The notes beneath the pieces were generated by a model. It ran no database searches, had not been told where the DNA came from, and saw only the letters and a program-made list of their open reading frames with translations. The position numbers were made by a program, and so were the translations under genes. Positions 37,101-47,984 of a stretch of DNA of 64,000 nt are shown here, one piece after another. The stretch is from a bacterium (GTDB lineage: Bacteria > UBA8248): positions 352,001 through 416,000 of the forward strand of contig OZ241996.1 in assembly GCA_965204535.1 (NCBI GenBank), given 5' to 3'. Within the stretch, counting starts at the first letter, position 1. Every line of letters begins with the position of its first letter.

Positions 37101-37764
37101 AAGGCTTTGCAAGATGGGTGAGGTGAACCCTCTGGCCGCGCAGGAATACGATGAAATCAACCAGGAATATGTGTTTTTGCAGGAACAACAGCAGGATCTC
37201 GAAAACTCCATCGCCGACCTCCACGCTACGATCGAGAAGTTGAACAAGACGACGAAATCCCGCTTCCTGGCGGCGTTCGAGGAGGTGGGTAGCGCCTTTT
37301 CGGACATTTTCGGACGTCTTTTCCAGGGAGGGGAGGCGCGCATGTTCCTGCTTGATCCGGATGACCCGCTGGAGACGGGCGTCGACATCGAGGTGAGACC
37401 ACCGGGCAAGCGTCCTTCGAACATCATGCTCCTCTCCGCCGGGGAGAAAGCGCTCACCGCCATTTCTCTTTTGTTCGCGGTCTTCAGCGTCCGGCCGAGT
37501 CCGTTTTGTATCCTCGACGAGGTGGACGCCACCCTCGATGACGCCAACGTCGGACGTTTTCGCGAAGTACTGGCCGAACTCGAGGATAGAAGCCAGTTCA
37601 TCATCATCACCCATAACAAAAAGACCATGTCGTACGCGAATCACCTCTACGGCGTTACGCAAAGAGAAAAAGGCGTTTCAGAAATCGTCTCGGTAAAGTT
37701 GAGCCGCGAGGATGAGAGGGTAAACGGCGTAGGAGAAGCGGTGCTGGAAACGAGTGTGTCGTAG
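34177..37764 (+). CDS. smc: Chromosome segregation protein SMC
   Basis: GFKSF, VGPNGCGKSN, coiled coils with hinge, LSAGEKAL, ILDEVDA. Confidence 0.95.
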   Translation: MRFQRLEMQGFKSFVEKTVIEIGEGLTAVVGPNGCGKSNVCDAVRWVLGEQAPKNMRSKKMEDVIFNGSAERKQHGMSEVSLTVTDLKGVVTSPAFRDFDEVVVTRRLYRSGESEYLINRNPCRLKDIVDLFLDTGVSLDTFSIVEQGKIETLVNARPMDRRVLIEEAAGIMKYKSRRNEALRKLELAQANLLRVADIMREKESRLRSLRRQARKATFHKEYQTEVADLSQRIMALDYLKHVEKLVPAEKAYARVKEEEQTVSAKLSSLEAERESGRILLRERSEALVESRQRATKLEGSLERLETRIEMLKNHLAELDVDDERRAEEIRTLDVEIAAFENERVELAATLEMLTEQSRVARQEYDVSAAELAAVRENLKEFERALDEARRAQEEERERLSAARQQIASVESRREGLAESMEKTGDEIKEVKRQLESTRTDAGGARSRLESLVASEGQAKLELEQAMSECARTSELAARHEESVAGAKESLMEARSALSALEGVLGSGESGISDAEAFRACGAQVLASFSEVIRVDPKFEKAIETALGDKLLGVVVNTPGDAVDAVRALMGSEAGRGVALPIGVDAQPGAVVPLGEGVLGAATDFVRCDMRYRHLAQSLLGNVVVVEDIDAAQAAWCNGPQGIVCVTLNGEIIHANGVVEGGLTRNEGLLERSRRCEEMRLKVEHFEAQLRELEPISRKLSGQLAKAEQRSRHATEAYQRAEVMRVEAEGALRAAEGRHEELNTRLATLEAAQKQIRDEQTRLMEALQTVKDESLGLEETIREFSLRIHEIEKKVSGAGLRYSEVEARVTDKKVALTEINGQVAGGQAEVQRIEDGISQNAARKTRREEEQRESREKRERLQESVAQSEEGILALQDEKADVTAELAERDRVLQEMQSRDEELADSIRDMKTRASLLSDEVRAAAERRTTLRVQRETMKESAEAEYQVNLEETAENWREELPRYQEIVNRLEMLNQRLCKMGEVNPLAAQEYDEINQEYVFLQEQQQDLENSIADLHATIEKLNKTTKSRFLAAFEEVGSAFSDIFGRLFQGGEARMFLLDPDDPLETGVDIEVRPPGKRPSNIMLLSAGEKALTAISLLFAVFSVRPSPFCILDEVDATLDDANVGRFREVLAELEDRSQFIIITHNKKTMSYANHLYGVTQREKGVSEIVSVKLSREDERVNGVGEAVLETSVS

Positions 37765-37803
37765 CATCGTCCCGTACATTCACGAAAGGTCTCGTTGAAG
37801 ATG

Positions 37804-37837
37804 ACCCCGGCGCACTGTCGCCGGGGTTCGTTTGTTT
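37804..37837 (+). terminator. Intrinsic-terminator-like hairpin between smc and ftsY
   Basis: ACCCCGGCG-N6-CGCCGGGGT followed by a T-rich tract. Confidence 0.5.
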
Positions 37838-37862
37838 GGCGCAGGTCGAGGAAAGCCCTTTG

Positions 37863-38819
37863 ATGTCTGGTTCCGGGCAGCAGAAAAATTCAGAGAGAGA
37901 TAGCGGCGCAAAAGGCTGGTTCGGCAGATTGCGTGACGGCCTCTCGAAGACGAGAGGTGGTTTTCTCGCGCAAGTGAAGGGTTTGGTCGCGGGACGCATC
38001 GATGAGGATACGCTCGAGGAGTTGGAAGAAGTTCTCTACATGGCGGATTTGGGTCCCTCTCTCGTCGAGTCGCTGCTGGGGAAATTGAAAGCGGGGCAGG
38101 GCGCGGGGTCGGACCCGCAGACGCGCGTTCAGGAAATCATGCGCTCTTGTCTTGAAAACCCTGAATCCCCGCCTGCGTTTGCGCCGAAGGAGCCTGCGGC
38201 GGACGAGCCCAGAATCATTTTTCTGGTGGGCGTCAACGGCGTGGGCAAGACGACGACGGCCGGCAAGCTCGCATCGCGGTATTCCGCCGAAAAACTTAAA
38301 GTTATGCTCGCGGCGGGGGATACGTTCCGGGCCGCAGCCGGTGAGCAGTTGACGGCATGGGCCGAGCGGAGCGGATGCGAAATCATCCGCCACAAAGAGG
38401 GAGCGGATTCGTCCGCCGTGGTGTACGACGCCGTTCAGGCGGCGAAGGCGCGCGGCGCCGATGTGTTGCTCGTGGATACGGCGGGGCGCTTGCACACGAA
38501 ACACAATCTCATGGAGGAACTCAAAAAGCTCAGGCGCGTCACGGGGCGCCTCGTTGACACGGCGCCCCATGAGGTGCTGCTCGTATTGGACGCGACATCC
38601 GGGCAGAACGTCCTCTCCCAGGTGCGGGAATTCGCCCCGGCCCTGGGCGTGACGGGCCTGGTGCTCACCAAGCTCGACGGCACGGCCAAGGGCGGCGTGG
38701 CGCTGGGCGCCACTTACGAGAGCGGCATACCGATAAGGTACGTCGGCGTGGGTGAGGCGGCGGAAGACCTCATCGATTTCGACGCGGATGCCTTCATCGA
38801 GGCGATCTTCGGCGGGTAG
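37863..38819 (+). CDS. ftsY: SRP receptor FtsY
   Basis: GVNGVGKTTT, DTFRAAA, DTAGRLH, TKLDGTAKGG. Confidence 0.95.
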   Translation: MSGSGQQKNSERDSGAKGWFGRLRDGLSKTRGGFLAQVKGLVAGRIDEDTLEELEEVLYMADLGPSLVESLLGKLKAGQGAGSDPQTRVQEIMRSCLENPESPPAFAPKEPAADEPRIIFLVGVNGVGKTTTAGKLASRYSAEKLKVMLAAGDTFRAAAGEQLTAWAERSGCEIIRHKEGADSSAVVYDAVQAAKARGADVLLVDTAGRLHTKHNLMEELKKLRRVTGRLVDTAPHEVLLVLDATSGQNVLSQVREFAPALGVTGLVLTKLDGTAKGGVALGATYESGIPIRYVGVGEAAEDLIDFDADAFIEAIFGG

Positions 38820-38851
38820 CGCCTCCGAACGCCCGCCCGGGGGATTATCAT

Positions 38852-39272
38852 CCCCGCAAATCCCCCGCATTTGCCCGCATTTGGCGTTACCGGGCTTGGA
38901 CCCGTGCGGGGCAGAATCGGGCGCGCGAACGGGAGGAGTTCCGATGGACCTGGGCAGGAAGGATTTGGAAAAAGCAAAGCGAACGGACCCGGCGTTTTCC
39001 GCGCGATGGGAATTCCTGAAAAATACGATAAATATCGATAAATTGACGGGGTTTTCCTGTAAATTTCTGACTATGCAAATGACTGTAATCAAAAGGGTTA
39101 TCATATAAATCTTAGCGCCGCGCACTCAGATCCGGCGGTGAAAAAAGTTTTTCAGGCGCCACCGCATTTGCCCGCAACTGCCCGCATCTGCGCGCCGAAC
39201 GAGCCGGTCGGCTTCCCGAGCATACCGGAGTCCGCTCAATCCGCGCAGGCGGGGAATGCGGGACAAATACGC
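38852..39272. repeat. Cluster of CCCGCATTTG-type tandem units plus the GATAAA block
   Basis: Units at 38852-38883 and 39162-39190, inverted degenerate units at 39249-39272; block at 39008-39067. Confidence 0.7.
38944..39108 (+). CDS. Small 54-aa ORF with strong RBS (possible phage gene remnant)
   Basis: GGGAGGAG-N5-ATG; MDLGRKDLEKAKRTDPAFSARWEFLKNT... Confidence 0.35.
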   Translation: MDLGRKDLEKAKRTDPAFSARWEFLKNTINIDKLTGFSCKFLTMQMTVIKRVII

Positions 39273-39322
39273 GCCTCGCATGATGCGGGTGGGGCGGTCG
39301 TTTTTCGGGATGCGCCGGCGCG

Positions 39323-42300
39323 TCAGGCGTCGCCGACGACGACGAGGAGGTCCTTGGTGTCGACCGTGGTGCCGACCGGCGCGACGACCTTCTCGATAAC
39401 GCCGCCGCGTTCGGCGCGGATGACGGTTTCCATCTTCATCGCCTCGATCGCCACCAGCACGTCGCCCTCATCGACCGCCTCGCCCTCATGGAAGAACACC
39501 TTGGTCACCATCCCCGGCATCGGCGCGCCGAGGTGGCCGGGGTCGCCTTCCTCGGCCTTGGGCAGCGCCGTGGCTGCCGCGGCGGCGCTGCGGTCGGCGA
39601 TGCGCACCGTCCGGGGCTGCCCGTTCAGCTCGAAGAAGACCGTGCATTCGCCCTTGCTGTCGGTCTCGCTGCGCGCGAGATAGCGGATGAACAGGGTGCG
39701 CCCGCGCTCGATGTCGACGGCGACCTCCTCGCCCGGCTCCATGCCGTAGAAATACACCGGCGTGGGCAGAACGCTGACGTCGCCGTATTGGCGCCGCGCG
39801 GCCGCGTAGTCGGTGAAAACCTGCGGGTACATGAGCCAGGAGGCGAACTCGGCGTCGCTGATCGGGCGCCGGGCGTCCTTTTCGGCCTCCTCGCGGGAGG
39901 CCTCGAGATCGGCGTCGGGCAGCACCGAACCGGGCCGCACGGTGATCGGCTCTCTGTCTTTGAGTATCTTCTCCTGCAGGGCGCGCGGGAAGCCGCCGTG
40001 CGGCTGCCCCAGTTCGCCCGCGAACAGCGAGACCACCGATTCGGGGAAGGCGATCTCGCGCTCGGGGTCGGCCACGTCCTCGGGCGTCAACCCGCCCGTC
40101 ACCATCATCAGCGCCATGTCGCCGACCACCTTCGAAGACGGCGTGACCTTCACGATGTCGCCGAACATCCGGTTGACCTCGGCGAAGGCCCGCGAGACCT
40201 CCGGCCAGCGCTGGTTGTCGATGCCCAGCGCGCGCGCCTGCTCGCGCAGGTTGGTGTACTGGCCGCCCGGGATTCCGTGGTTGTAGACGTCCGACGTGCC
40301 CGCGCGGAACTCGCTCTCGAAGGCGCGGTATTGGTTGCGCACCTGCTCCCAGTAGGTGGACATCGTCATCACCGTATCGGCGTCGATTCCGGGGTCGCGC
40401 TCGGAGTGGCGCAAGGCCGCGGTGATCGAGCCGAAGCTCGGCTGCGATGTGAGCCCGCTCATCGAATCCATCGCCGCATCCACCGCGTCGACCCCGGCCT
40501 CGGCGGCGGCGAGCACGCTGGCCGCTGAAATCCCGCTGGTGTCGTGGGTGTGGAAGTGGATGGGGATGCCGATCTCCCCCTTTAAGGTCTCGACGAGGAG
40601 TCGGGCCGCCGCGGGCTTGCACAGGCCCGCCATGTCCTTGAGCCCCAGGATGTGGGCGCCCGCGTCCTCGAGCTCGCGGGCGAGCGCGACGTAGTATTTG
40701 AGGTCGTACTTGGTGAGGCCCGGGTCGGTGATGTCGCCGGTGTAGCAGATCGCCGCCTCGCAGAGCTTGCCGGTCTCCAGCACGGCGTCCATCGCCGGGC
40801 GCATGTTCTCGACCCAGTTGAGCGAATCGAAGATGCGGAAGATGTCGACCCCGTTCTCGGCCGACTGCTGTACGAAATAGCGCACCACGTTGTCGGGATA
40901 GGTGGTGTAGCCGACGCCGTTCGACGCGCGCAGCAGCATCTGGGTCAGGAGGTTGGGCATCGCGGCGCGCAGCCGCTCCAGCCACGCCCAGGGGCATTCG
41001 TTCAGAAAGCGCATCGCCACGTCGAAGGTCGCGCCGCCCCAGCATTCGACCGAGAAAAGCTGCGGCAGCAGCCGCGCATAGGCCGGCGCGACCGCGATGA
41101 GGTCGTAGCTCCGGACCCGCGTCGCCAGCAAGGATTGGTGCGCGTCCCGGAACGTGGTGTCGGTCATCAGCACCCGATCCTGATCGAGCATCCACCGGGC
41201 GAAAGCCTCAGGGCCGAGCTCATCGAGCAACTGGCGCGAACCGTCCGGAATATCGACGCCGACCGCTTCGGGCGCGCTCGGAATCAGGCGCGTCGGCGGT
41301 TCGGGCCGTCCCTCGACGGCGGCGTTGCCGTTCACGATCACCTCTCCCAGATAGCGCAGCAGCCGGGTCGCGCGGTCGCGTCTGTAGGCGAAGGTGAACA
41401 GCTCGGGCGTCTCGTCGACGAAGCGCGTCGTGCAGGCGCCCTCGAGGAACTGCGGATGACCGATGACGTTCTCCAGAAAGGCGAGATTGGTGGCGACGCC
41501 GCGGATGCGGAATTCGACAATCGCCCGCCTCATCCGCCGGATCGCCTCTTCGAACGTCGGCGCCCAGGCTGTCACCTTCTCGAGCAGCGAGTCGTAATAC
41601 GGCGTGATCCGCGCGCCCGAATAGGCGGTGCCGCCGTCCAGCCGCACGCCGAACCCGGTGGCGCCGCGGTAGGCGGTGAGCACGCCGTAATCGGGGATGA
41701 AATTGTTCTCTGGGTCCTCGGTGGTCACCCGGCATTGCATGGCGTGGCCGTTCACCCGAATCTCGTCCTGGTTCGGGATGCCGCTCTCGGGCGCGCCGAT
41801 GGCAGCTCCGCCTGCGATGCGGATCTGCGCCTGCACGAGGTCGACGCCGGTCACCACCTCGGTGACCGTGTGCTCGACCTGGATGCGGGGATTGACTTCG
41901 ATGAAGTGGAACGAGCCCGTGTCGTCGTCGACCAGGAACTCGACGGTGCCGGCGTTGTTGTAGCCCACCGCGCGGCCGATCTTGAGTGCGCTCTCGTGGA
42001 TCGCCGAGCGAGTCGCCGCATCGAGATAGTGCGCCGGCGCTTGCTCGACGATCTTCTGGTTGCGCCGCTGCACCGAGCAGTCCCGCTCGTGAAGGTGCAC
42101 CAGATTGCCGTGATTGTCGCCGAGAATCTGGACCTCGACGTGGCGCGCGCGGCGAATCAGTTTTTCGAGATAGACCTCGTCGTTGCCGAACGCCGCCAGG
42201 CACTCGCGCCGCGCGGCCTCGACCTCGTCGGCGAACTCGGCTTCGCTCTCGATCGTGCGCATGCCGCGTCCGCCGCCGCCCCAGCTCGCCTTGAGCATGA

Positions 42301-42790
42301 CGGGGAAACCGACTTCGCGGGCGAGGCGCGCGGCCTCCTCGGGGTCGCGGGGGAGCGGGCCGGTCGCCGGAACCACCGGAACGCCCGCCGACACCGCAAG
42401 CTCGCGCGCCGCCACCTTGTTGCCGAGTGCGCGCAGGATATCGGGACTCGGGCCGACGAAGGCGACGCCCGCGTTCGCGCAGGCCTCGGCGAAGTCGGGG
42501 TTTTCGGCCATGAAACCGTAGCCGGGGTGGATTGCGTCGGCGGCGTTCTCGCGCGCGACGCGTATCACCTCCTCGATGCTGAGATAGGCCTCGATCGGGC
42601 CCATCCCCCGGCCCACCAGGTAGGCCTCATCCGCCTTGAAGCGGTGCAGGGCGAAGCGGTCTTCTTGTGAATAGATAGCGATCGTCTCGATCCCGAGCTC
42701 GACCGAGGCGCGAAACACGCGGATGGCGATTTCGCTCCGGTTGGCGACCAGGATCCGTCGGAAATTGGTTTGCGGCTGGTTAATCATCAC
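39323..42790 (-). CDS. pyc: Pyruvate carboxylase
   Basis: ILVANRSEIAIR, GGGGRGMR, TDTTFRDAHQSL, HTHDTSG, biotin site EAMKME. Confidence 0.96.
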   Translation of the reverse strand: MMINQPQTNFRRILVANRSEIAIRVFRASVELGIETIAIYSQEDRFALHRFKADEAYLVGRGMGPIEAYLSIEEVIRVARENAADAIHPGYGFMAENPDFAEACANAGVAFVGPSPDILRALGNKVAARELAVSAGVPVVPATGPLPRDPEEAARLAREVGFPVMLKASWGGGGRGMRTIESEAEFADEVEAARRECLAAFGNDEVYLEKLIRRARHVEVQILGDNHGNLVHLHERDCSVQRRNQKIVEQAPAHYLDAATRSAIHESALKIGRAVGYNNAGTVEFLVDDDTGSFHFIEVNPRIQVEHTVTEVVTGVDLVQAQIRIAGGAAIGAPESGIPNQDEIRVNGHAMQCRVTTEDPENNFIPDYGVLTAYRGATGFGVRLDGGTAYSGARITPYYDSLLEKVTAWAPTFEEAIRRMRRAIVEFRIRGVATNLAFLENVIGHPQFLEGACTTRFVDETPELFTFAYRRDRATRLLRYLGEVIVNGNAAVEGRPEPPTRLIPSAPEAVGVDIPDGSRQLLDELGPEAFARWMLDQDRVLMTDTTFRDAHQSLLATRVRSYDLIAVAPAYARLLPQLFSVECWGGATFDVAMRFLNECPWAWLERLRAAMPNLLTQMLLRASNGVGYTTYPDNVVRYFVQQSAENGVDIFRIFDSLNWVENMRPAMDAVLETGKLCEAAICYTGDITDPGLTKYDLKYYVALARELEDAGAHILGLKDMAGLCKPAAARLLVETLKGEIGIPIHFHTHDTSGISAASVLAAAEAGVDAVDAAMDSMSGLTSQPSFGSITAALRHSERDPGIDADTVMTMSTYWEQVRNQYRAFESEFRAGTSDVYNHGIPGGQYTNLREQARALGIDNQRWPEVSRAFAEVNRMFGDIVKVTPSSKVVGDMALMMVTGGLTPEDVADPEREIAFPESVVSLFAGELGQPHGGFPRALQEKILKDREPITVRPGSVLPDADLEASREEAEKDARRPISDAEFASWLMYPQVFTDYAAARRQYGDVSVLPTPVYFYGMEPGEEVAVDIERGRTLFIRYLARSETDSKGECTVFFELNGQPRTVRIADRSAAAAATALPKAEEGDPGHLGAPMPGMVTKVFFHEGEAVDEGDVLVAIEAMKMETVIRAERGGVIEKVVAPVGTTVDTKDLLVVVGDA

Positions 42791-42869
42791 GCTCCTCGTG
42801 CGTTCTCGCGGAACTTCCGTCCACAGGGTGAAAGGCCATGTCGTCGATATGTTTCAATTTTCATGATAC

Positions 42870-42888
42870 GGGGTTGTTGAAAAACCCC
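42870..42888. repeat. Solitary IS1182-like terminal IR
   Basis: GGGGTTGTTGAAAAACCCC, 18/19 match to the IS IR, followed by a short MITE-like subterminal stretch. Confidence 0.7.
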
Positions 42889-42929
42889 CTTCTCACTCGG
42901 AATTCACACCCCACCGGCGCGTCTGCGTC

Positions 42930-45218
42930 TTAACCGCCGCTCAGTATCGCCGGGAGGCGGGATTTTCGGGCGCAAGGCTCCGAAGGTTCCGTCCCCTCCA
43001 CGAAGGCTTCCGTTATCGGCTCCCCCTCGCACCAGGCCGAGGGCAGTTGACCGGAGCGCGAATCCACCTGCACCAGGGTGATGCCCGGCGGCGGTTCGGG
43101 AGTGCGAACTTCCGATTCCCTGCCTTCGAGCCAGCCTTTCATCGCCTCGACCCAGATGGGCAAGGCCGCGCCTCCGCCCGAAGCCCGGTAGCCCATGTGC
43201 TTGTTGTCGTCACGGCCCACCCATACGCCCAGCACGAGGTCTTCGGAGAAGCCGATGAACCATGCGTCGCGGTACTCGTTCGTGGTGCCTGTTTTCCCGG
43301 CGAGAAACGCGCCGATCTTCTTGGCCTTTTTTCCCGTCCCGTTCGTGATGACGCCGCGCAGCAGCATTTTCATTTGATAGGCCGTCTCGGGCGCGATGGC
43401 GAGGTGCGTCGTGGGAACGTTCTCCTCCAGCACCCGGTTTCTCCCGTCGGTGACTTTCGTGATCTCGTAGGGCCGCGCATACACGCCCCGCGCCGCGAAC
43501 GGAATGTAGGAAGCCGTGAACTGGTATGGCGTCACCTCGATGGAGCCGAGCGCGAGCGAAAGATACGGGTTCATTTTCGAGCGGATGCCGAGTCGATGCG
43601 CGAACGTGATCGCCTTTTGCGGGCCCATCTGGTCGAGAAGCTTGATGGTGGCCAGGTTGAGGGACGACTCCAGGGCTCTTCTCATGGTGACGGGGCCGTA
43701 GAACTTGTTGGTGTAGTTTCTGGGTTTCCAGTCCTTGCGCGTCCCCGGCATCCGGCGGACGAAGGGGGTATCCATGAGAATGTGCGTGGGCGCGTAGCCC
43801 TGGGACAGGGCCGTCCCCATGACGATGGGCTTGAAAGCCGAACCCGGCTGGCGCCGCGCCTGCGTGGCGCGGTTGAACGGGAAGCGGCGGAAGTTGGTTC
43901 CACCCGTCAGGGCGCGGAGCGCTCCGCTCCTGGCGTCGAACGCGATGACGGCGCCTTGCACGGTCTCCTGCCATTCCAGAAAGAGTTTTTTCGCGGCGCG
44001 ATCCACCTTGACCACGCGCCCCAGAAGCAGGTCGCCTTCCCGGAGCCTTTTGGGGTCGATGTGTCCGGGCACGGGCATCTCCGCCTCGTAATCCCCGATG
44101 ATTCCGCTCACCATGTTGCCCGCGATGTCCAGAATGTGGAACTGGAATCCATTCCCCAATCGCGGCGGCCTCTTGATTTCCTCTCCGGGACTCTTGAATC
44201 CGCGTCTCTTGTTAATCTTCTCGATCCCGTTCAAGAGCGCTTCGTGAGCAATCTTCTGCAAGTCGATATCGACCGTCGTATGGATTTGAAGACCGCTTTT
44301 GTAGAGGGATTGCCCGAATCTGCGGCTCAGGCCCAAGCGTGTTTTTTCGATGAAGTAGGCGGCCTCCGGTACGATATTGGCTACCCGGGGGATCACTTCG
44401 ACCGGCGCTTCGCGGGCGGATTTCGCCTGCTCTTCGGTGATGAAGCCCGAAGCACGCATTCTCTTGATGACCAGGTTGCGTCGATTCAGCGCTTTCTCGG
44501 GATTGGTTTTGGGATTGAATCGCGTGGGCGCCTTGGGCAGCCCCGCAATCATGGCGGATTCGGCCAGGGTGAGTTGAGCGACCGTTTTTCCGAAATAGAT
44601 CCGGGCCGCCGCCTGCACCCCGTACGCCCCGCTGCCGAGATATATTTGATTCATGTAGAATTCGAGTATTTCATCCTTCGTGAAGCGCCGCTCGATCTCC
44701 AGGGCCAGGAGGGCTTCCCGGATTTTCCGCTTGAGTTTTCTCTCGGGCGTCAGGAAGAGGACTTTCGCCAACTGCTGGGTAATGGTGCTGCCGCCCTGCA
44801 CGAATTGGCCCGCGCTCAGGTTTTTGATGAACGCCCGGAAAATATCGGGATAGCTGACGCCCGGGTGGTCATAGAAGCGGCTGTCTTCTATCGCCAGGAA
44901 CGCCTGGCGCAGCGTGGTGGGGATTTGCCTCAAAGGGATGGGCTTTCTTCTCTCTTGGTACAGTTCCGCGAGCAATTCGCCTCCGCGGGCGTAAATGCGC
45001 GTGATGGTGTTGGGTTTGTAGTTGTGGAGACGCTCGAGTTCGGGAAAATCGTATAGATAGGTGAAGCTCGCGCCGACACCCATGCCGCATACAATAGCCA
45101 AGGCGCATAGTATCAGCAGGGTTGTTTTTCCGCGTCCGGAACGGGGCAACAACGGGGCGATCCTCTTGGGGAAGGCGAATTTTCGAAGCGTCTCTCCGCA
45201 TTTTGCGGAGATCATCAA
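42930..45218 (-). CDS. Penicillin-binding protein 1A (class A PBP)
   Basis: EDSRFYDH, QGGSTITQQLAK, RKIRE, RQPGSAFKP, SLN, GKTGTTN; start uncertain. Confidence 0.93.
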   Translation of the reverse strand: MMISAKCGETLRKFAFPKRIAPLLPRSGRGKTTLLILCALAIVCGMGVGASFTYLYDFPELERLHNYKPNTITRIYARGGELLAELYQERRKPIPLRQIPTTLRQAFLAIEDSRFYDHPGVSYPDIFRAFIKNLSAGQFVQGGSTITQQLAKVLFLTPERKLKRKIREALLALEIERRFTKDEILEFYMNQIYLGSGAYGVQAAARIYFGKTVAQLTLAESAMIAGLPKAPTRFNPKTNPEKALNRRNLVIKRMRASGFITEEQAKSAREAPVEVIPRVANIVPEAAYFIEKTRLGLSRRFGQSLYKSGLQIHTTVDIDLQKIAHEALLNGIEKINKRRGFKSPGEEIKRPPRLGNGFQFHILDIAGNMVSGIIGDYEAEMPVPGHIDPKRLREGDLLLGRVVKVDRAAKKLFLEWQETVQGAVIAFDARSGALRALTGGTNFRRFPFNRATQARRQPGSAFKPIVMGTALSQGYAPTHILMDTPFVRRMPGTRKDWKPRNYTNKFYGPVTMRRALESSLNLATIKLLDQMGPQKAITFAHRLGIRSKMNPYLSLALGSIEVTPYQFTASYIPFAARGVYARPYEITKVTDGRNRVLEENVPTTHLAIAPETAYQMKMLLRGVITNGTGKKAKKIGAFLAGKTGTTNEYRDAWFIGFSEDLVLGVWVGRDDNKHMGYRASGGGAALPIWVEAMKGWLEGRESEVRTPEPPPGITLVQVDSRSGQLPSAWCEGEPITEAFVEGTEPSEPCARKSRLPAILSGG

Positions 45219-45357
45219 TTATAAGTTTGCCGTGCCGTTTTCGCAATATCCGAAAAAAGCGATCGCTCGTTGACAAGGACAGGCGGGGTCGACATAAAGG
45301 GATACGCAAATCGTGTTTGTATCCCGTCGCCCACTTGTCTCAAGGGGAGCGCATAGG

Positions 45358-45885
45358 GTGTTCGAACAATCGCGTGTTTTGGTGCTCAATCAGACGTATG
45401 AGCCGATAAACGTCTGCAACGCTCGTCGTGCGATCCGCATGATGATCAACGGAAAAGCGGATACAGTGGAAACGAACGGCCTGCTCGTCCGCAGCGAGGC
45501 GATGGAGTTTCACCTGCCCGCCGTCATACGGCTGAGAACGTATGTTTACGTCCCGCGGCGAAGCCAGGTTCCGTTCAGCAAAAAGAACGTGATGCGCCGC
45601 GACGAGAATACCTGTCAGTATTGCGGGGCGAAAGGCGGGTATTTGACGGTGGATCACGTTTTGCCGCGCTCGCGCGGCGGCCGTTCCACGTGGGAGAACG
45701 TGGTTTGCAGTTGCCGGAAATGCAATGCGAAAAAAGGGGACCGCACGCCGGACGAGGCCAGACTGAAACTGAAAAAGCAGCCCCATAAACCGAAATCCTT
45801 CATATTCCATCACCTGAATTATCGGTTTCCCCGTGCAGTGCAGCAAGTATGGGAAAAATACCTTCAACCCACGCCTCTCGCCTGA
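45358..45885 (+). CDS. HNH endonuclease family protein
   Basis: VLVLNQTYEP, RDENTCQYCG, TVDHVLPRSRGG..WENVVCSC..CNAKKG. Confidence 0.9.
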   Translation: MFEQSRVLVLNQTYEPINVCNARRAIRMMINGKADTVETNGLLVRSEAMEFHLPAVIRLRTYVYVPRRSQVPFSKKNVMRRDENTCQYCGAKGGYLTVDHVLPRSRGGRSTWENVVCSCRKCNAKKGDRTPDEARLKLKKQPHKPKSFIFHHLNYRFPRAVQQVWEKYLQPTPLA

Positions 45886-45974
45886 CCCGCAAGGTTTATT
45901 GGTCTTCCTTTATCCGCTAAAATTTCATCCGCTCGTTGTTTCGAGACGCCTGACTCGGGAGCAGAGGACCCTTC

Positions 45975-47980
<2,006 letters not shown>

Positions 47981-47984
<4 letters not shown>

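Noticed and set aside
38820-39322. Possible 6S/SRP RNA or CRISPR array after ftsY
   Set aside because: No SRP tetraloop consensus, 6S-like long duplex or regular repeat-spacer pattern is recognisable by eye; an Infernal/Rfam scan would settle it.
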